Assembly (NCBI GenBank): GCA_001003475.1
Contig: LCPF01000001.1
Coordinates: 234,571 to 298,570 of the forward strand
Reading direction: 5' to 3'
Length of the DNA: 64,000 nt
Source of the DNA: Candidatus Jorgensenbacteria bacterium GW2011_GWA1_48_11
Lineage (GTDB): Bacteria > Patescibacteriota > Minisyncoccia > UBA6257 > GWB1-50-10
The notes under the pieces are model-generated. The model was not told the origin of the DNA. It did no database searches and worked only from the letters and a program-made list of their open reading frames with translations. This document shows positions 9,848 through 19,454 of this stretch, in pieces; position 1 is the stretch's first letter, and each line of letters starts with the position of its first letter. The position numbers and the translations under genes were made by a program.

Positions 9848-11344
9848 ATGTACAGGTTTTTTGAAATTCTGCCCGGCGCGGCCGTCTGGCTTTCCTTGAT
9901 CGTATTGGTTTTGCTTTCCTGGAAGCAGCCGTTTTTGGTTTCCATATTTTTCATCGTTTATTCTTTCTTTTGGCTGGTTCGGATTTTTTACCTCCATCTT
10001 CACCTTCGTTTCTCTTTCATGAAAATGCGGGAGTATTTGAAGATCGATTGGCTGGAAAAAGTCAAAACCTTGAGCGATCACGAAAAGAGCCAGGCCCTCG
10101 ATTGGTCGGATCTCCGCCACCTGATAGTCCTCCCGATGTACCATGAGCCTTTCGAGGTGGTGAACGAAACCTTTTTGAAGATCAAGGCGGCGAATTATCC
10201 CAAGGAAAAAATGATCGTGGTTTTGAGCGTGGAAGAAAAAGGCGGAGAAGCGGCCCTGGCGGTCGCGCATCGGGCCGAAGAGCAATTCGGCGATCTGTTC
10301 TTCAAATTCTTGATTACCCGGCATCCGGCTGGTCTCGCCGGCGAGATTCCGGGGAAGGGCTCGAACGAAACCTGGGCCGTTAAAGCCGTGAAGGAGAAAA
10401 TAATCGATCCTCTTGATGTCCCTTACGAAAACGTCGTTGTTTCGGTTTTTGACATCGATACCCAGCCTTTCCCGGAATATTTCGGTCGGCTCGCTTATTT
10501 GTTCCTCACCGTCCGCCGGCCCCAACGCTCCAGTTATCAGCCTATGCCGCTTTTTTTGAACAATATTTACGAGGCGCCTATTTTTTCCCGCATATCCTCC
10601 TTTTTTCCGACTTTCTGGCAGATGATGCAGCAGTCGCGGTCCGAGCAGCTCACCACTTTCACTTCGCAGGCCATGCCCTTAAAGGCCCTGATCGAGGTGG
10701 ATTATTGGGATAAGGACAGGGTTTCGGAGGACGCTTTGATTTTCTGGCGCTTTTATCTTCATTACGAGGGCGACTGGCGGGCCGTGCCGATGCATTATCC
10801 TGTTTCGATGGACGCCAATGCCGCCCCGACCTTATGGCAGACTGCCAAAAATTTGTACAAACAGCAGCGGCGTTGGGCTTGGGGCGTGGAAAATCTGCCT
10901 TATATGCTAACCGGCTTTATCAAACACAAAAAAATTCCTTTCCGGGAAAAATTCTTTTGGACTCTGATTTTCGCCGAAGGCTTTTATTCTTGGGCGACGG
11001 CGCCTTTCATTCTTTTTACCATGGGCTGGCTGCCGGTTTTTTTGGGCAGCGCTGCTTTCAATACGACGCTTTTGTCCTACAATCTGCCGAAAACGATCGG
11101 TTTCTTGATGAATTTTTCCGTTTTTGGCCTGGCGGCTTCGGCGATCTTAAGCGCCATGCTTTTGCCGCCAAAGCCGGACTGGTTCAAACGGCGGCATTAT
11201 CTGATTTATTTTTTGCAGTGGATTTTGACGCCGATCGTGATAATTTTCTGGAGCGGCGTGCCGGCAGTTGATGCCCAGACACGGATGATGATCGGCGGCA
11301 AATACCGGCTCGGTTTTTGGCTCACGCCCAAGAGCCGGCGCTGA
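9848..11344 (+). CDS. Membrane glycosyltransferase family 2 (processive type)
   Basis: DID, SED and QQRRW (QxxRW) motifs with multiple TM helices; start codon uncertain. Confidence 0.88.
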   Translation: MYRFFEILPGAAVWLSLIVLVLLSWKQPFLVSIFFIVYSFFWLVRIFYLHLHLRFSFMKMREYLKIDWLEKVKTLSDHEKSQALDWSDLRHLIVLPMYHEPFEVVNETFLKIKAANYPKEKMIVVLSVEEKGGEAALAVAHRAEEQFGDLFFKFLITRHPAGLAGEIPGKGSNETWAVKAVKEKIIDPLDVPYENVVVSVFDIDTQPFPEYFGRLAYLFLTVRRPQRSSYQPMPLFLNNIYEAPIFSRISSFFPTFWQMMQQSRSEQLTTFTSQAMPLKALIEVDYWDKDRVSEDALIFWRFYLHYEGDWRAVPMHYPVSMDANAAPTLWQTAKNLYKQQRRWAWGVENLPYMLTGFIKHKKIPFREKFFWTLIFAEGFYSWATAPFILFTMGWLPVFLGSAAFNTTLLSYNLPKTIGFLMNFSVFGLAASAILSAMLLPPKPDWFKRRHYLIYFLQWILTPIVIIFWSGVPAVDAQTRMMIGGKYRLGFWLTPKSRR

Positions 11345-11366
11345 TTTTTGGTGTATACTGAAATAA

Positions 11367-11987
11367 ATGTCCAGGAGGAAGACCAGCGGTTACGTTGATG
11401 TTGGCCGGAGGGAATTTTTGGCCAAGCTTGAACCGATTGTTTCGCCGCGGGAGCTCGAAACGATCGAAACCGCTTACGTGCTCGCCAAGTACGGCCACAA
11501 GGAGCAAATTCGGGAAGACGGCGAAACCCGCTATTTCGAACATCCGAAATCGGTGGCTTGGATCGCCGTCGACGAGCTGAAGGTAAATAATTGGCAGACG
11601 ATCGTGATGGCCCTGCTCCACGACGTGCTCGAGGATTCGCACATCCTTTCGCCTTACCGCATCGAGCTTAATTTCGGCAAAGAAGTGGTGGTCGGCCTGA
11701 AACTTCTCACTAAAAAACCGAAAACCGGTTATCTCCGCCGGCTGAAACTTTACGGCGATACGAAGATGATAACCGTGAAGCTTTGCGACCGGCTGCATAA
11801 TCTGCGGACGCTCGGCAGTTGCGCCAGGCCGAAACAGCGGCGCCAGATCAAGGAAACCAAAAAATATTATCTGCCGCTTTGCGATTTGCTAATAGAAAAA
11901 CTACCGCAACGTGACCGCTGGCGGGGCGAATATCTTAAAAATCAAATCGAGAAAATCTGCGTTCGCTACGATAAGAAATTAAGTTAA
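11367..11987 (+). CDS. HD-domain protein, RelA/SpoT hydrolase-like (small alarmone hydrolase)
   Basis: H..Q.R..GE.RYFEHP, LLHDVLED, VKLCDRLHNLR. Confidence 0.85.
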   Translation: MSRRKTSGYVDVGRREFLAKLEPIVSPRELETIETAYVLAKYGHKEQIREDGETRYFEHPKSVAWIAVDELKVNNWQTIVMALLHDVLEDSHILSPYRIELNFGKEVVVGLKLLTKKPKTGYLRRLKLYGDTKMITVKLCDRLHNLRTLGSCARPKQRRQIKETKKYYLPLCDLLIEKLPQRDRWRGEYLKNQIEKICVRYDKKLS

Positions 11988-12147
11988 TTTTTAAACTGGC
12001 GGATTACATCTCGCCCTCGCTCTTATGAGCTTCGGCGACGCGGAGGCGGGGGCGAGTCCACTCTAACTAATCTTGAAAAGGTATTGAAAATCCTACTTTT
12101 TATCTTTAATTCCGGTTTGAATCCCGGACGGGTCGTAAAATTGCCGG

Positions 12148-12891
12148 CTACTTCTTTTCACACCACAGCAAAAACCTTTTTGTTGTGTAAGTGAGCTTTT
12201 CTCCGCGATCTAGCTTTTCCTGAAGGGATTCCAAATACTTTAAATGTGTATCTACTGAAAATCTCTCTACGGTCCAAGGAGTATTTATGAGTTGATACAC
12301 CAACGCTCCAACATCAAGGAAGGTAACTTTGCCAATCCAGTCTTCAGATTGCTTTACAACAAAGCCATGTGCAACAGCTCTTTTTGATACTCCTTCAAGA
12401 TTGTTCTCCGGCCACTTTGGCTTAGTGTCGAAAAATGTCTGAAGATCTTCCATGTTCCTACCGTCCACTTGCTGAGTCAGGAACTGACCGCTAGGCTTAA
12501 GTATTCTTGCAATTTCTTGAATAGTCAGTCCTCCGTGGCGATTAAGCACAAGATCAAATTCACCATCATGAAAAGGATATGAGCCGGTATCTTCAACCTC
12601 AAAAACCTGAACGCCTAACGGCTCAAGTTTTTCTTTAGCGACTTCAACATTCGGATGCCAGCCTTCGATCGCGACAGTGTGAGATGGAAAGGGGGCGAGA
12701 GCGGAGAACTTTTCTCCTCCGCCAGTAGCTATATCCAGGACCGACTTGGAGTTTTGAATCAGCCCTTTAGCTAGGGCCTGATAATCCCAAGACGGTTCCT
12801 CCCAAATAATCCTATCTTTGGTATATGAAAACTGCCAACCCTGAAAGGGTACGGCCTCATCCTTTTTCCACTGTTCATAGTGAGAGTTCAT
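12148..12891 (-). CDS. Class I SAM-dependent methyltransferase
   Basis: VLDIATGGG, FDLVLNRH, RILKPSG. Confidence 0.88.
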   Translation of the reverse strand: MNSHYEQWKKDEAVPFQGWQFSYTKDRIIWEEPSWDYQALAKGLIQNSKSVLDIATGGGEKFSALAPFPSHTVAIEGWHPNVEVAKEKLEPLGVQVFEVEDTGSYPFHDGEFDLVLNRHGGLTIQEIARILKPSGQFLTQQVDGRNMEDLQTFFDTKPKWPENNLEGVSKRAVAHGFVVKQSEDWIGKVTFLDVGALVYQLINTPWTVERFSVDTHLKYLESLQEKLDRGEKLTYTTKRFLLWCEKK

Positions 12892-12988
12892 AATATTTTT
12901 TTCTTTCCACTATAGCAGATGCTCAGAGCAACGAATAATCAGCTGTGTGGTTCGCCACACAATCTCGGACGTATGATTGAATCAGATA

Positions 12989-13492
12989 CTATTTCCTTAA
13001 TAACTCAAGCAATTGCGCTACTGTTTCCTTTGGGGCATTATGAGTATTATCAATTTTGAATTCATTTTTTACTACTGGCCTTTTCATTAATGCTTGATTC
13101 CACTCTATAGCTTTTTGTATTCTTTTGTATCCGCTATCCCTTGGTTCCTCAAGTCTCCTTTTTAATTCTTCGTCCTTACTAACAAAAAGAGAAAAAATCA
13201 TATAGTTCAAATCAGATAAAACATCTGGAATTTGCAGGATTCTAAAATCCTGCAAATCGTTTAGTATGACATTTTTATGGCCGTGCTTTTTGTAGTTTTT
13301 AAGAATGAAAATCAAGTTCTCAAAAGCCATCTGTTCTTCTGCCTCGCTCCAATTAGACCAATCGTTATCTAAATGAATTTGGCGCAGAACACCAAAATCA
13401 AAAACAAAGGAATTGAGCTCCCGTGCTAAGAGATTGCTAATGGTGGTTTTCCCCGTTCCCGGTGCGCCAGCGATAACAATTAAGTCTTTCAT
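12989..13492 (-). CDS. P-loop kinase / AAA_33-like protein
   Basis: Walker A GAPGTGKT near N-terminus, C-terminal IDNT; visibly AT-rich. Confidence 0.8.
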   Translation of the reverse strand: MKDLIVIAGAPGTGKTTISNLLARELNSFVFDFGVLRQIHLDNDWSNWSEAEEQMAFENLIFILKNYKKHGHKNVILNDLQDFRILQIPDVLSDLNYMIFSLFVSKDEELKRRLEEPRDSGYKRIQKAIEWNQALMKRPVVKNEFKIDNTHNAPKETVAQLLELLRK

Positions 13493-13676
13493 AAGATTAA
13501 GTATATATAAAAACACCTACTTTTATAGGTATATTTTTTATATCACCCTATTTATGGGAGTGTTATTCAAAAAATTTCGAATCTCATCCATCTGCTCATT
13601 TCTGCCGCCCCACAGGCTTTCAAAAAGTATTGGAAAATACAGAGCGCTCGTTCGAGAGACCGAGCGCTCAACCCTG

Positions 13677-13763
13677 CGGAGGGTGGAGGATTCGAACCCC
13701 CGAGGGGATTTCTCCCCAACCGCATTTCGAGTGCGGCGCATTAGACCGCTCTGCCAACCCTCC
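13677..13763 (-). tRNA. tRNA-Ser(CGA)
   Basis: Cloverleaf, anticodon arm CCGCA-CTCGAAA-TGCGG, long variable arm. Confidence 0.95.
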
Positions 13764-13772
13764 TTAACGCCG

Positions 13773-13844
13773 TGCCCCCAGAAAGAATCGAACTCTCATC
13801 TTTCCCTTAGGACGGGACTGCTCTATCCATTGAGCTATAGGGGC
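13773..13844 (-). tRNA. tRNA-Arg(CCT)
   Basis: Cloverleaf, anticodon loop GTCCTAA, T-loop TTCGATT. Confidence 0.93.
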
Positions 13845-13910
13845 GTGGTTTCACTATTTATAAACTAAGTTGCGGTTTTGGTAAAGTTTTGATATTTTAA
13901 TTAAACAGCC

Positions 13911-13982
13911 GCGCGATTAGCTCAGTGGTAGAGCGTCACATTGACATTGTGAAGGCCGCTGGTCCGATCCCAGCATCGCGCA
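13911..13982 (+). tRNA. tRNA-Val(GAC)
   Basis: Anticodon arm TCACA-TTGACAT-TGTGA; T-loop TCCGATC. Confidence 0.92.
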
Positions 13983-14089
13983 CACAAAAATCTGACTCGG
14001 GTTTTTGTCGGCCTATATCAAAATATTATTTTGATATAGCCCCAGCGATCGGACGTAATAAAAGTAAGCTTTTATTCCGCTCCTCGCTT

Positions 14090-14163
14090 GGGCCTATAGT
14101 AAAATGGCATTACGCTTCCGTGGCACGGAAGAGGTCGGGGTTCGATTCCCCGTAGGTCCACCA
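14090..14163 (+). tRNA. tRNA-Ala(GGC)
   Basis: G3:U70 pair, anticodon loop GTGGCAC, encoded CCA. Confidence 0.93.
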
Positions 14164-14164
14164 G

Positions 14165-14872
14165 GTGGAAAATTTACCAAAACACATCGTTATTATTCCG
14201 GATGGCAATCGGCGTTGGGCCAGGGCTAAGGGCCTCGCGGCTTTTTTGGGTCACGAAAAAGGCGCGGAAACGACCGAAAATATAATGGAGGTCGCCCTGG
14301 AACTGAAGATTCCCTATTTCACCTTTTGGGGTTCTTCTTTGGACAATATCGAAAAGCGGCCCAAGGCCGAGGTGGAGTTTTTGTTCAAGATCTTCGAAAA
14401 GGAATTCAAGAAACTTCTTACGAGCGACAAGGTTAGTGAAAACGGCGTCCGGGTGAATGTCCTCGGCCGCTGGCAGGAATTGTTTCCGAAAAGTTTGGTT
14501 GATTTGATGAAAGAAATAATCGCGAAAACGAAAGATTACAGCAATTACCACCTGACATTTTTAATGGCCTATAGCGGCCTTGACGAGATGAAAACGGCTG
14601 TTCAGAGGATTGCCGATAATAAAATCCAAGATTCCGATTTTAAAATAGACGGCGATTCGATTAAGGCCAATCTTTGGACCCGTGATTTGCCGCCGGTGGA
14701 CCTGGTCATTCGGACCGGGGGCGAACCCCATTGGTCAAACGGCTTAATGATGTGGGACGTTGCCGATGCCCAGCTTTATTTCACGGAAACCCTGTATCCG
14801 GACTTTTCGCCCGAGGAATTCAAGAAGGCGCTGATGGCTTACGGGAAAACGTCCCGCCGTTTCGGCGCCTGA
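14165..14872 (+). CDS. uppS: Undecaprenyl diphosphate synthase
   Basis: [25 protein letters not shown]. Confidence 0.95.
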   Translation: MENLPKHIVIIPDGNRRWARAKGLAAFLGHEKGAETTENIMEVALELKIPYFTFWGSSLDNIEKRPKAEVEFLFKIFEKEFKKLLTSDKVSENGVRVNVLGRWQELFPKSLVDLMKEIIAKTKDYSNYHLTFLMAYSGLDEMKTAVQRIADNKIQDSDFKIDGDSIKANLWTRDLPPVDLVIRTGGEPHWSNGLMMWDVADAQLYFTETLYPDFSPEEFKKALMAYGKTSRRFGA

Positions 14873-14933
14873 ACAAAACCCGATTATTTTTTTGCCTTTA
14901 TCATTGGAAAATGAGTATGATGTATTGAGTTCG

Positions 14934-15023
14934 GGAGGGGTGCCTGAGTGGTTGAAAGGGACGGTCTTGAAAACCGTTATACTGGAAACAGTATCGTGGG
15001 TTCGAATCCCACCCCCTCCGCCA
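14934..15023 (+). tRNA. tRNA-Ser(TGA)
   Basis: Anticodon arm ACGGT-CTTGAAA-ACCGT, long variable arm, encoded CCA. Confidence 0.95.
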
Positions 15024-15025
15024 AG

Positions 15026-15670
15026 ATGCAAGTCAAAAAATTACATCCGGCTTTTGATAGGCTGCAGAAACGATTTGGCGGTTCGTCCCTCAAGCCCGTT
15101 TACGGGGCGGGTTGCGTTAAAAATCCAAAAGCGATGCTGGTTTTCATGAACCCGACCGGCAAGAATGTTTCAGCCCATGCGGGTTGGGACGGATTGCGGG
15201 CGCCGTGGCTTGGGACAAAATCGATTTGGCCGATGTTCCATGAGTTGGGATATATTTCCGAAAAAAGCTTTGGAAAAACCCAAACCCTGAAATATAACGA
15301 GTGGTCAGCCGCGTTCGCGAAGGAGATTTACAAAGAGCTTCAAAGGAGCGGGATATACGTAACGAACTTGGCGAAATGCACCCAGGCAGATGCGCGACAC
15401 TTAAAAGATTCTACTTTCAAAAATTATGTCGATCTCCTGTTTCGGGAAATTTCGCTGATTTGTCCCCAAAAAGTCATTGCTTTCGGAAACCAAGTCAGCT
15501 CGATCATTTTAAACAAGCCCGTATCGGTGAACCGTTATAAAGGAATACAAAAAGAGGTTTTGAAGATAAGGAATAAAAGTTTTAACGTATACCCGGTTTA
15601 TTACCCGGTAGGACAGGGCAGGAGAAACATGCCGTTAGCCATGAGGCGGGTGCGGAAAGTGGTCAAGTGA
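15026..15670 (+). CDS. Uracil-DNA glycosylase superfamily protein
   Basis: [24 protein letters not shown] motifs; ORF-track start lies inside the tRNA, so ATG 15026 is preferred. Confidence 0.72.
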   Translation: MQVKKLHPAFDRLQKRFGGSSLKPVYGAGCVKNPKAMLVFMNPTGKNVSAHAGWDGLRAPWLGTKSIWPMFHELGYISEKSFGKTQTLKYNEWSAAFAKEIYKELQRSGIYVTNLAKCTQADARHLKDSTFKNYVDLLFREISLICPQKVIAFGNQVSSIILNKPVSVNRYKGIQKEVLKIRNKSFNVYPVYYPVGQGRRNMPLAMRRVRKVVK

Positions 15671-15694
15671 TTTGAATTCTCCGTCTTCCGGCGC

Positions 15695-16720
15695 TCAAGA
15701 AACCAAATCCGGCTCTATCTCGAGTTCGATGCCGAATTTAGTGCGCACCGACTTGATGATTTCTTGGGCGGTTTCGATAACCGTCTGAAAAGTAGCCGAG
15801 CCGTCGTTTACCAGAACGAGGGCGTTTCTTTTGTCTACGTGGAGGTGATCGAAATCTTTTTCTTTCAGGCCGCAGGCGTCGATGAGCCAGCCCGCGGAAA
15901 CTTTTGCTTTACCGCCGCTAGCCGGGAAAATCGGCAGATTCGGGTAGTTGCGCTTCAGCTTTTCCGCTTGGGCCTGGGAAATTAACGGGTTTTCGAAAAA
16001 AGAACCGACATTGGGATATTTTCGGGGATCGGGGAGCTTTTCGGCGCGAGTCGCCAAAATAATTCTCCTTATATCTTGGAGGGAAGGTGAGCTTATTCCT
16101 TCTGAAGCGAGCTTTTCTTTTATGCCCGGATAAGCGGGTATGGCGGGCGGGAGAAGGGAGAGCCGGATCGTGACGCCGGTAATGATATAGCGGCCGCGCC
16201 CGGATTTTTTGAAAACACTTATCCGATAGCCGAATTCGCAATCTTTCGGGCGGAGAACAATAGGGGAAGACGATTCAATGTCGTAAGCACGGATTTCCAC
16301 TGCGACATTCGCGAATTCCTGGCCGTAAGCGCCGATGTTCTGGATGGGCGCGGCGCCGACCGTACCGGGAATGCCCGAAAGAGTTTCGATGCCCTGATAG
16401 CCGCGTTCGACCGACCAGGCGACGGCCTTATCCCAAGAAACGCCGGCCTCGATTTCTATAACAACCTCGGTTTGGTCTTTCCGAATTTCGCGGATGGCGT
16501 CGAAGCCGAGTTTTAAGAAGAATTTGTTGATGGCCGCATCGGAGAAAATCGTATTCGAGCCCTCGCCCAAAACGTGGATGGGCAGGTTCTTTTTTTGGGC
16601 GAAAGCAACGAGTTCGGGAATGGCGGCGGGGCTTCCGGCTTCGGCAAAATAACGGGCCAAGCCGCCCAGCCGGAAGGTGGAGTGGGGAGCCAGGGGAATG
16701 TTTTCCAGGATCGGGGTCAC
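15695..16720 (-). CDS. murB: UDP-N-acetylmuramate dehydrogenase
   Basis: LGEGSN, GIPGTVGAAPIQNIGAYG, FGYR.S, GSFFENP. Confidence 0.95.
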   Translation of the reverse strand: MTPILENIPLAPHSTFRLGGLARYFAEAGSPAAIPELVAFAQKKNLPIHVLGEGSNTIFSDAAINKFFLKLGFDAIREIRKDQTEVVIEIEAGVSWDKAVAWSVERGYQGIETLSGIPGTVGAAPIQNIGAYGQEFANVAVEIRAYDIESSSPIVLRPKDCEFGYRISVFKKSGRGRYIITGVTIRLSLLPPAIPAYPGIKEKLASEGISSPSLQDIRRIILATRAEKLPDPRKYPNVGSFFENPLISQAQAEKLKRNYPNLPIFPASGGKAKVSAGWLIDACGLKEKDFDHLHVDKRNALVLVNDGSATFQTVIETAQEIIKSVRTKFGIELEIEPDLVS

Positions 16721-16728
16721 GGCATCAG

Positions 16729-16746
16729 TATATCACATATGATATA
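16729..16746. promoter_or_regulatory. 7-4-7 inverted repeat over divergent murB/murA -10 boxes
   Basis: TATATCA-CATA-TGATATA in a 43-bp intergenic gap. Confidence 0.55.
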
Positions 16747-16763
16747 ATGGTAGTGTCAATAAA

Positions 16764-18272
16764 ATGTCGGAACAAAGAAAAATCGGTTCTTTCATCAAAT
16801 CTCTGCGCGAGGCGCGCGGTTTGACGCAGGAAGAATTTGCCAAAGCGCTCGGCACTTCGCAGAGCGCGGTGGCGCGGATGGAACGCGGCGGTCAGAATTT
16901 CACGACGCACGTCTTGGGAAAGATCGGCCGGACCCTGGAACATAAGATCGTCGCCTTGACGAACTCCGTTGACTTCAAGATCGAGGGCGGGCGCAAGCTG
17001 CACGGCGCGATTACGACGAATTCTTCCAAGAACGGCGCTTTGGGTTTGCTCGCCGCCTCATTGATAAACCGGGCGCCGACCACATTGCGCGGCATTCCGC
17101 GCATCGAGGAGGTGAACCGGTTCGTGGAAGTTTTGCAGAGCATCGGCGTAAAAGTGGAGTGGATAGATAAGAATAGCGTACTCGTTACGCCGCCCAAGAC
17201 ATTGCGATTGGGCGAAATGAACAATCTTTCGGCGGAGAAGATCCGTTCGATTCTGATGCTCATCGGCGGTCTTATCCATCGGGCCAAATTATTTTCCATT
17301 CCGCATGCGGGCGGCTGCAAGATGGGGAATCGGACGATTGCCGCCCATCGTTATGGCCTCGAGGCATTGGGAGTGAAGATCGCCACTCGCGATAAGAAAT
17401 ACGATATTAAGGTCGGCAAGCTGCAGCCAGCCGAAATCACGCTTTATGAAGCGAGCGATACGGCCACGGAAAATTTGCTGATTGCGGCGGCGGGCATTCC
17501 GGGCACGACCGTCATTTCTTTTGCCACCCCGAATTATCAAGTGCAGGAAGTTTGTTTTTTCTTGGAGGCATTGGGTATCCGTTTGGAGGGCATCGGTACC
17601 TCGACGCTTACGGTGCACGGCGTGGAAAAAATCGATACGCCCATAGAATACGAGAACAGCGAAGACCCGATCGAATCAATGATGTTTCTCTCGGCGGCAA
17701 TCACGACCAAATCGGAATTGACCGTGAAGCGCTGCCCGATAGATTTTTTAAAGTTGGAGCTTTTAAAATTGGAGAAGATGGGATTGCGGTACAAAAAAAC
17801 GCGAGAGTATCTTTCCCGGAACCGGCGGACAAAATTGGTGGACGTCACGGTCTATCCGTCACGGCTCACGGCCCTCGACGACAAAATTCATGCTCAGCCT
17901 TACCCCGGGATCAATACCGATAATTTGCCCTTTTTCGTGCCGATCGCGACGCAGGCCCTGGGTACCACCTTGATTCACGATTGGATGTGGGAGAATCGGG
18001 CAATTTATTTTACGGAACTCAATCGTTTGGGCGCGAAAGTCACCTTGGCCGATCCGCACCGCGCTTTTATCCAGGGGCCGACGCCGCTTAAGGCGACGCA
18101 AGTGGTTTGTCCGCCCGCTTTGCGGCCGGCAATGATCATTTTGATCGCGATGCTCGGCGCCAAAGGCGTTTCCATTTTGCGCAATGTTTATTCGATTAAC
18201 CGGGGCTATGAGGAGATCGCCCATCGTTTGAACAGCATCGGTGCCCGCATCTCGGTTTTGAGCGGGGTGTAG
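16764..18272 (+). CDS. murA: UDP-N-acetylglucosamine 1-carboxyvinyltransferase with N-terminal XRE HTH
   Basis: LTQEEFAKALGTSQSAVARME HTH; SKN, GGCKMG (active Cys), PYPG, RGYE. Confidence 0.92.
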   Translation: MSEQRKIGSFIKSLREARGLTQEEFAKALGTSQSAVARMERGGQNFTTHVLGKIGRTLEHKIVALTNSVDFKIEGGRKLHGAITTNSSKNGALGLLAASLINRAPTTLRGIPRIEEVNRFVEVLQSIGVKVEWIDKNSVLVTPPKTLRLGEMNNLSAEKIRSILMLIGGLIHRAKLFSIPHAGGCKMGNRTIAAHRYGLEALGVKIATRDKKYDIKVGKLQPAEITLYEASDTATENLLIAAAGIPGTTVISFATPNYQVQEVCFFLEALGIRLEGIGTSTLTVHGVEKIDTPIEYENSEDPIESMMFLSAAITTKSELTVKRCPIDFLKLELLKLEKMGLRYKKTREYLSRNRRTKLVDVTVYPSRLTALDDKIHAQPYPGINTDNLPFFVPIATQALGTTLIHDWMWENRAIYFTELNRLGAKVTLADPHRAFIQGPTPLKATQVVCPPALRPAMIILIAMLGAKGVSILRNVYSINRGYEEIAHRLNSIGARISVLSGV

Positions 18273-18327
18273 CTTTTAATGAAAGCAAACACCCCGTTAA
18301 CATAGCGAGGCGTCGATTTTTATTTTG

Positions 18328-18398
18328 TGCGGGTAGGCGGAATCGAACCGCCGTCTCATCCTTGGCAAGGACGTGTTCTGCCACTAAACCATACCCGC
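18328..18398 (-). tRNA. tRNA-Gly(GCC)
   Basis: Anticodon arm CGTCC-TTGCCAA-GGATG. Confidence 0.94.
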
Positions 18399-18473
18399 CT
18401 TCGCTCGCCTTGCGAGCTTCGGCGGGCAGGCCCGCCATAAAACTCGTGAAAACGAAAGCTATCTTATTTTAAA

Positions 18474-18659
18474 TTACTGCACCGGTGGCGGACCGCTGGG
18501 ACCTGTTATGTAAGGCGTACTCGTCGGTCCTTTGAAGGCCCGGTCCGGTGTCGCGGTCGGCGCCTCTGTTCTCGGCACGCCGAAAACCAGCGGCCAGACG
18601 ATCGATAAAACGATTAAGGCCAGCACGATAAGAAGAATTATCAATCCGACCCTGCTCAT
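18474..18659 (-). CDS. Small single-TM protein
   Basis: Hydrophobic N-terminus, Pro-rich tail. Confidence 0.6.
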   Translation of the reverse strand: MSRVGLIILLIVLALIVLSIVWPLVFGVPRTEAPTATPDRAFKGPTSTPYITGPSGPPPVQ

Positions 18660-18718
18660 TGAAATAATTTAAACCAAAAACGTTTTTAATTCAAATTGCG
18701 ACTTCATTATTTTTTTTG

Positions 18719-18790
18719 TGCCCTCGAGAGGAATCGAACCTCTATTACAAGATCCGCAATCTTGCGTCCTGTCCGTTGAACGACGAGGGC
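18719..18790 (-). tRNA. tRNA-Arg(GCG)
   Basis: Anticodon arm CAAGA-TTGCGGA-TCTTG. Confidence 0.93.
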
Positions 18791-18875
18791 AAATGAGACG
18801 ATAAAATGTGCCTTTGTGTATATTATACCGCTGAATGCCGCCCTTGTTTTGCTTTTAGCAAAGCCGGGGGGGCGT

Positions 18876-19358
18876 TCAGAATCCCAGCCAATCCGCGAAA
18901 ACGTCGATTATCGATTCCTTGTGTTCGATTGCCGGCAGTTTTTCGCCGAGGAACGTTTGGGCTTCGGCCGCGGTTTTGGCGTCAATCGGGATCTTTACGT
19001 AGGGATTGAAAGCGGACTTTTTCTTCAAGATCATTTCATCCAGTCGGCCCGGCCGGTTATTGATCGTAAAGCCTTCCAAGGCCTCGTAATTATAAAATAT
19101 CTTGGGGCCGATCCCGACGCCTTCATCGGTCAGGCGGAAGTCCAATGTTTGGGATTTAGTCCGGCCGAAAGCGACAAGCACCACGAAGGCAAAAACAATG
19201 AAAATCCCAAAAAAGAAATTGCCGCTGGCGAGGGAAAAAACAACCAATAAGAAAGAGATGCCGCCCACCACGAGATACCAGATTGGCCCCCGGTCGAAAC
19301 TCTCATATTCGGCGGCCCGCCAACTCAAGCCTTTTTCTGAACCCGTTTTTTTTGACAT
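18876..19358 (-). CDS. Hypothetical two-TM membrane protein
   Basis: Two TM helices followed by a soluble domain. Confidence 0.75.
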   Translation of the reverse strand: MSKKTGSEKGLSWRAAEYESFDRGPIWYLVVGGISFLLVVFSLASGNFFFGIFIVFAFVVLVAFGRTKSQTLDFRLTDEGVGIGPKIFYNYEALEGFTINNRPGRLDEMILKKKSAFNPYVKIPIDAKTAAEAQTFLGEKLPAIEHKESIIDVFADWLGF

Positions 19359-19375
19359 ATGTTATTTTTAAAACT

Positions 19376-19453
19376 TGGTAGCCCCGACGGGATTCGAACC
19401 CGTGTACCAGGCTTGAAAAGCCTGTGTCCTAGGCCAGACTAGACGACAGGGCC
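19376..19453 (-). tRNA. tRNA-Glu(TTC)
   Basis: Anticodon arm CAGGC-TTTTCAA-GCCTG, encoded CCA. Confidence 0.95.
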
Positions 19454-19454
19454 A

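Noticed and set aside
13413-14155. ORF-track proteins across the tRNA cluster
   Set aside because: They overlap clear tRNA cloverleafs.
14948-15025. N-terminal extensions of the UDG-like, 51388, cca, rplU and recR ORFs
   Set aside because: The extensions run through tRNAs or repeats; downstream ATGs fit the family N-termini or context better.
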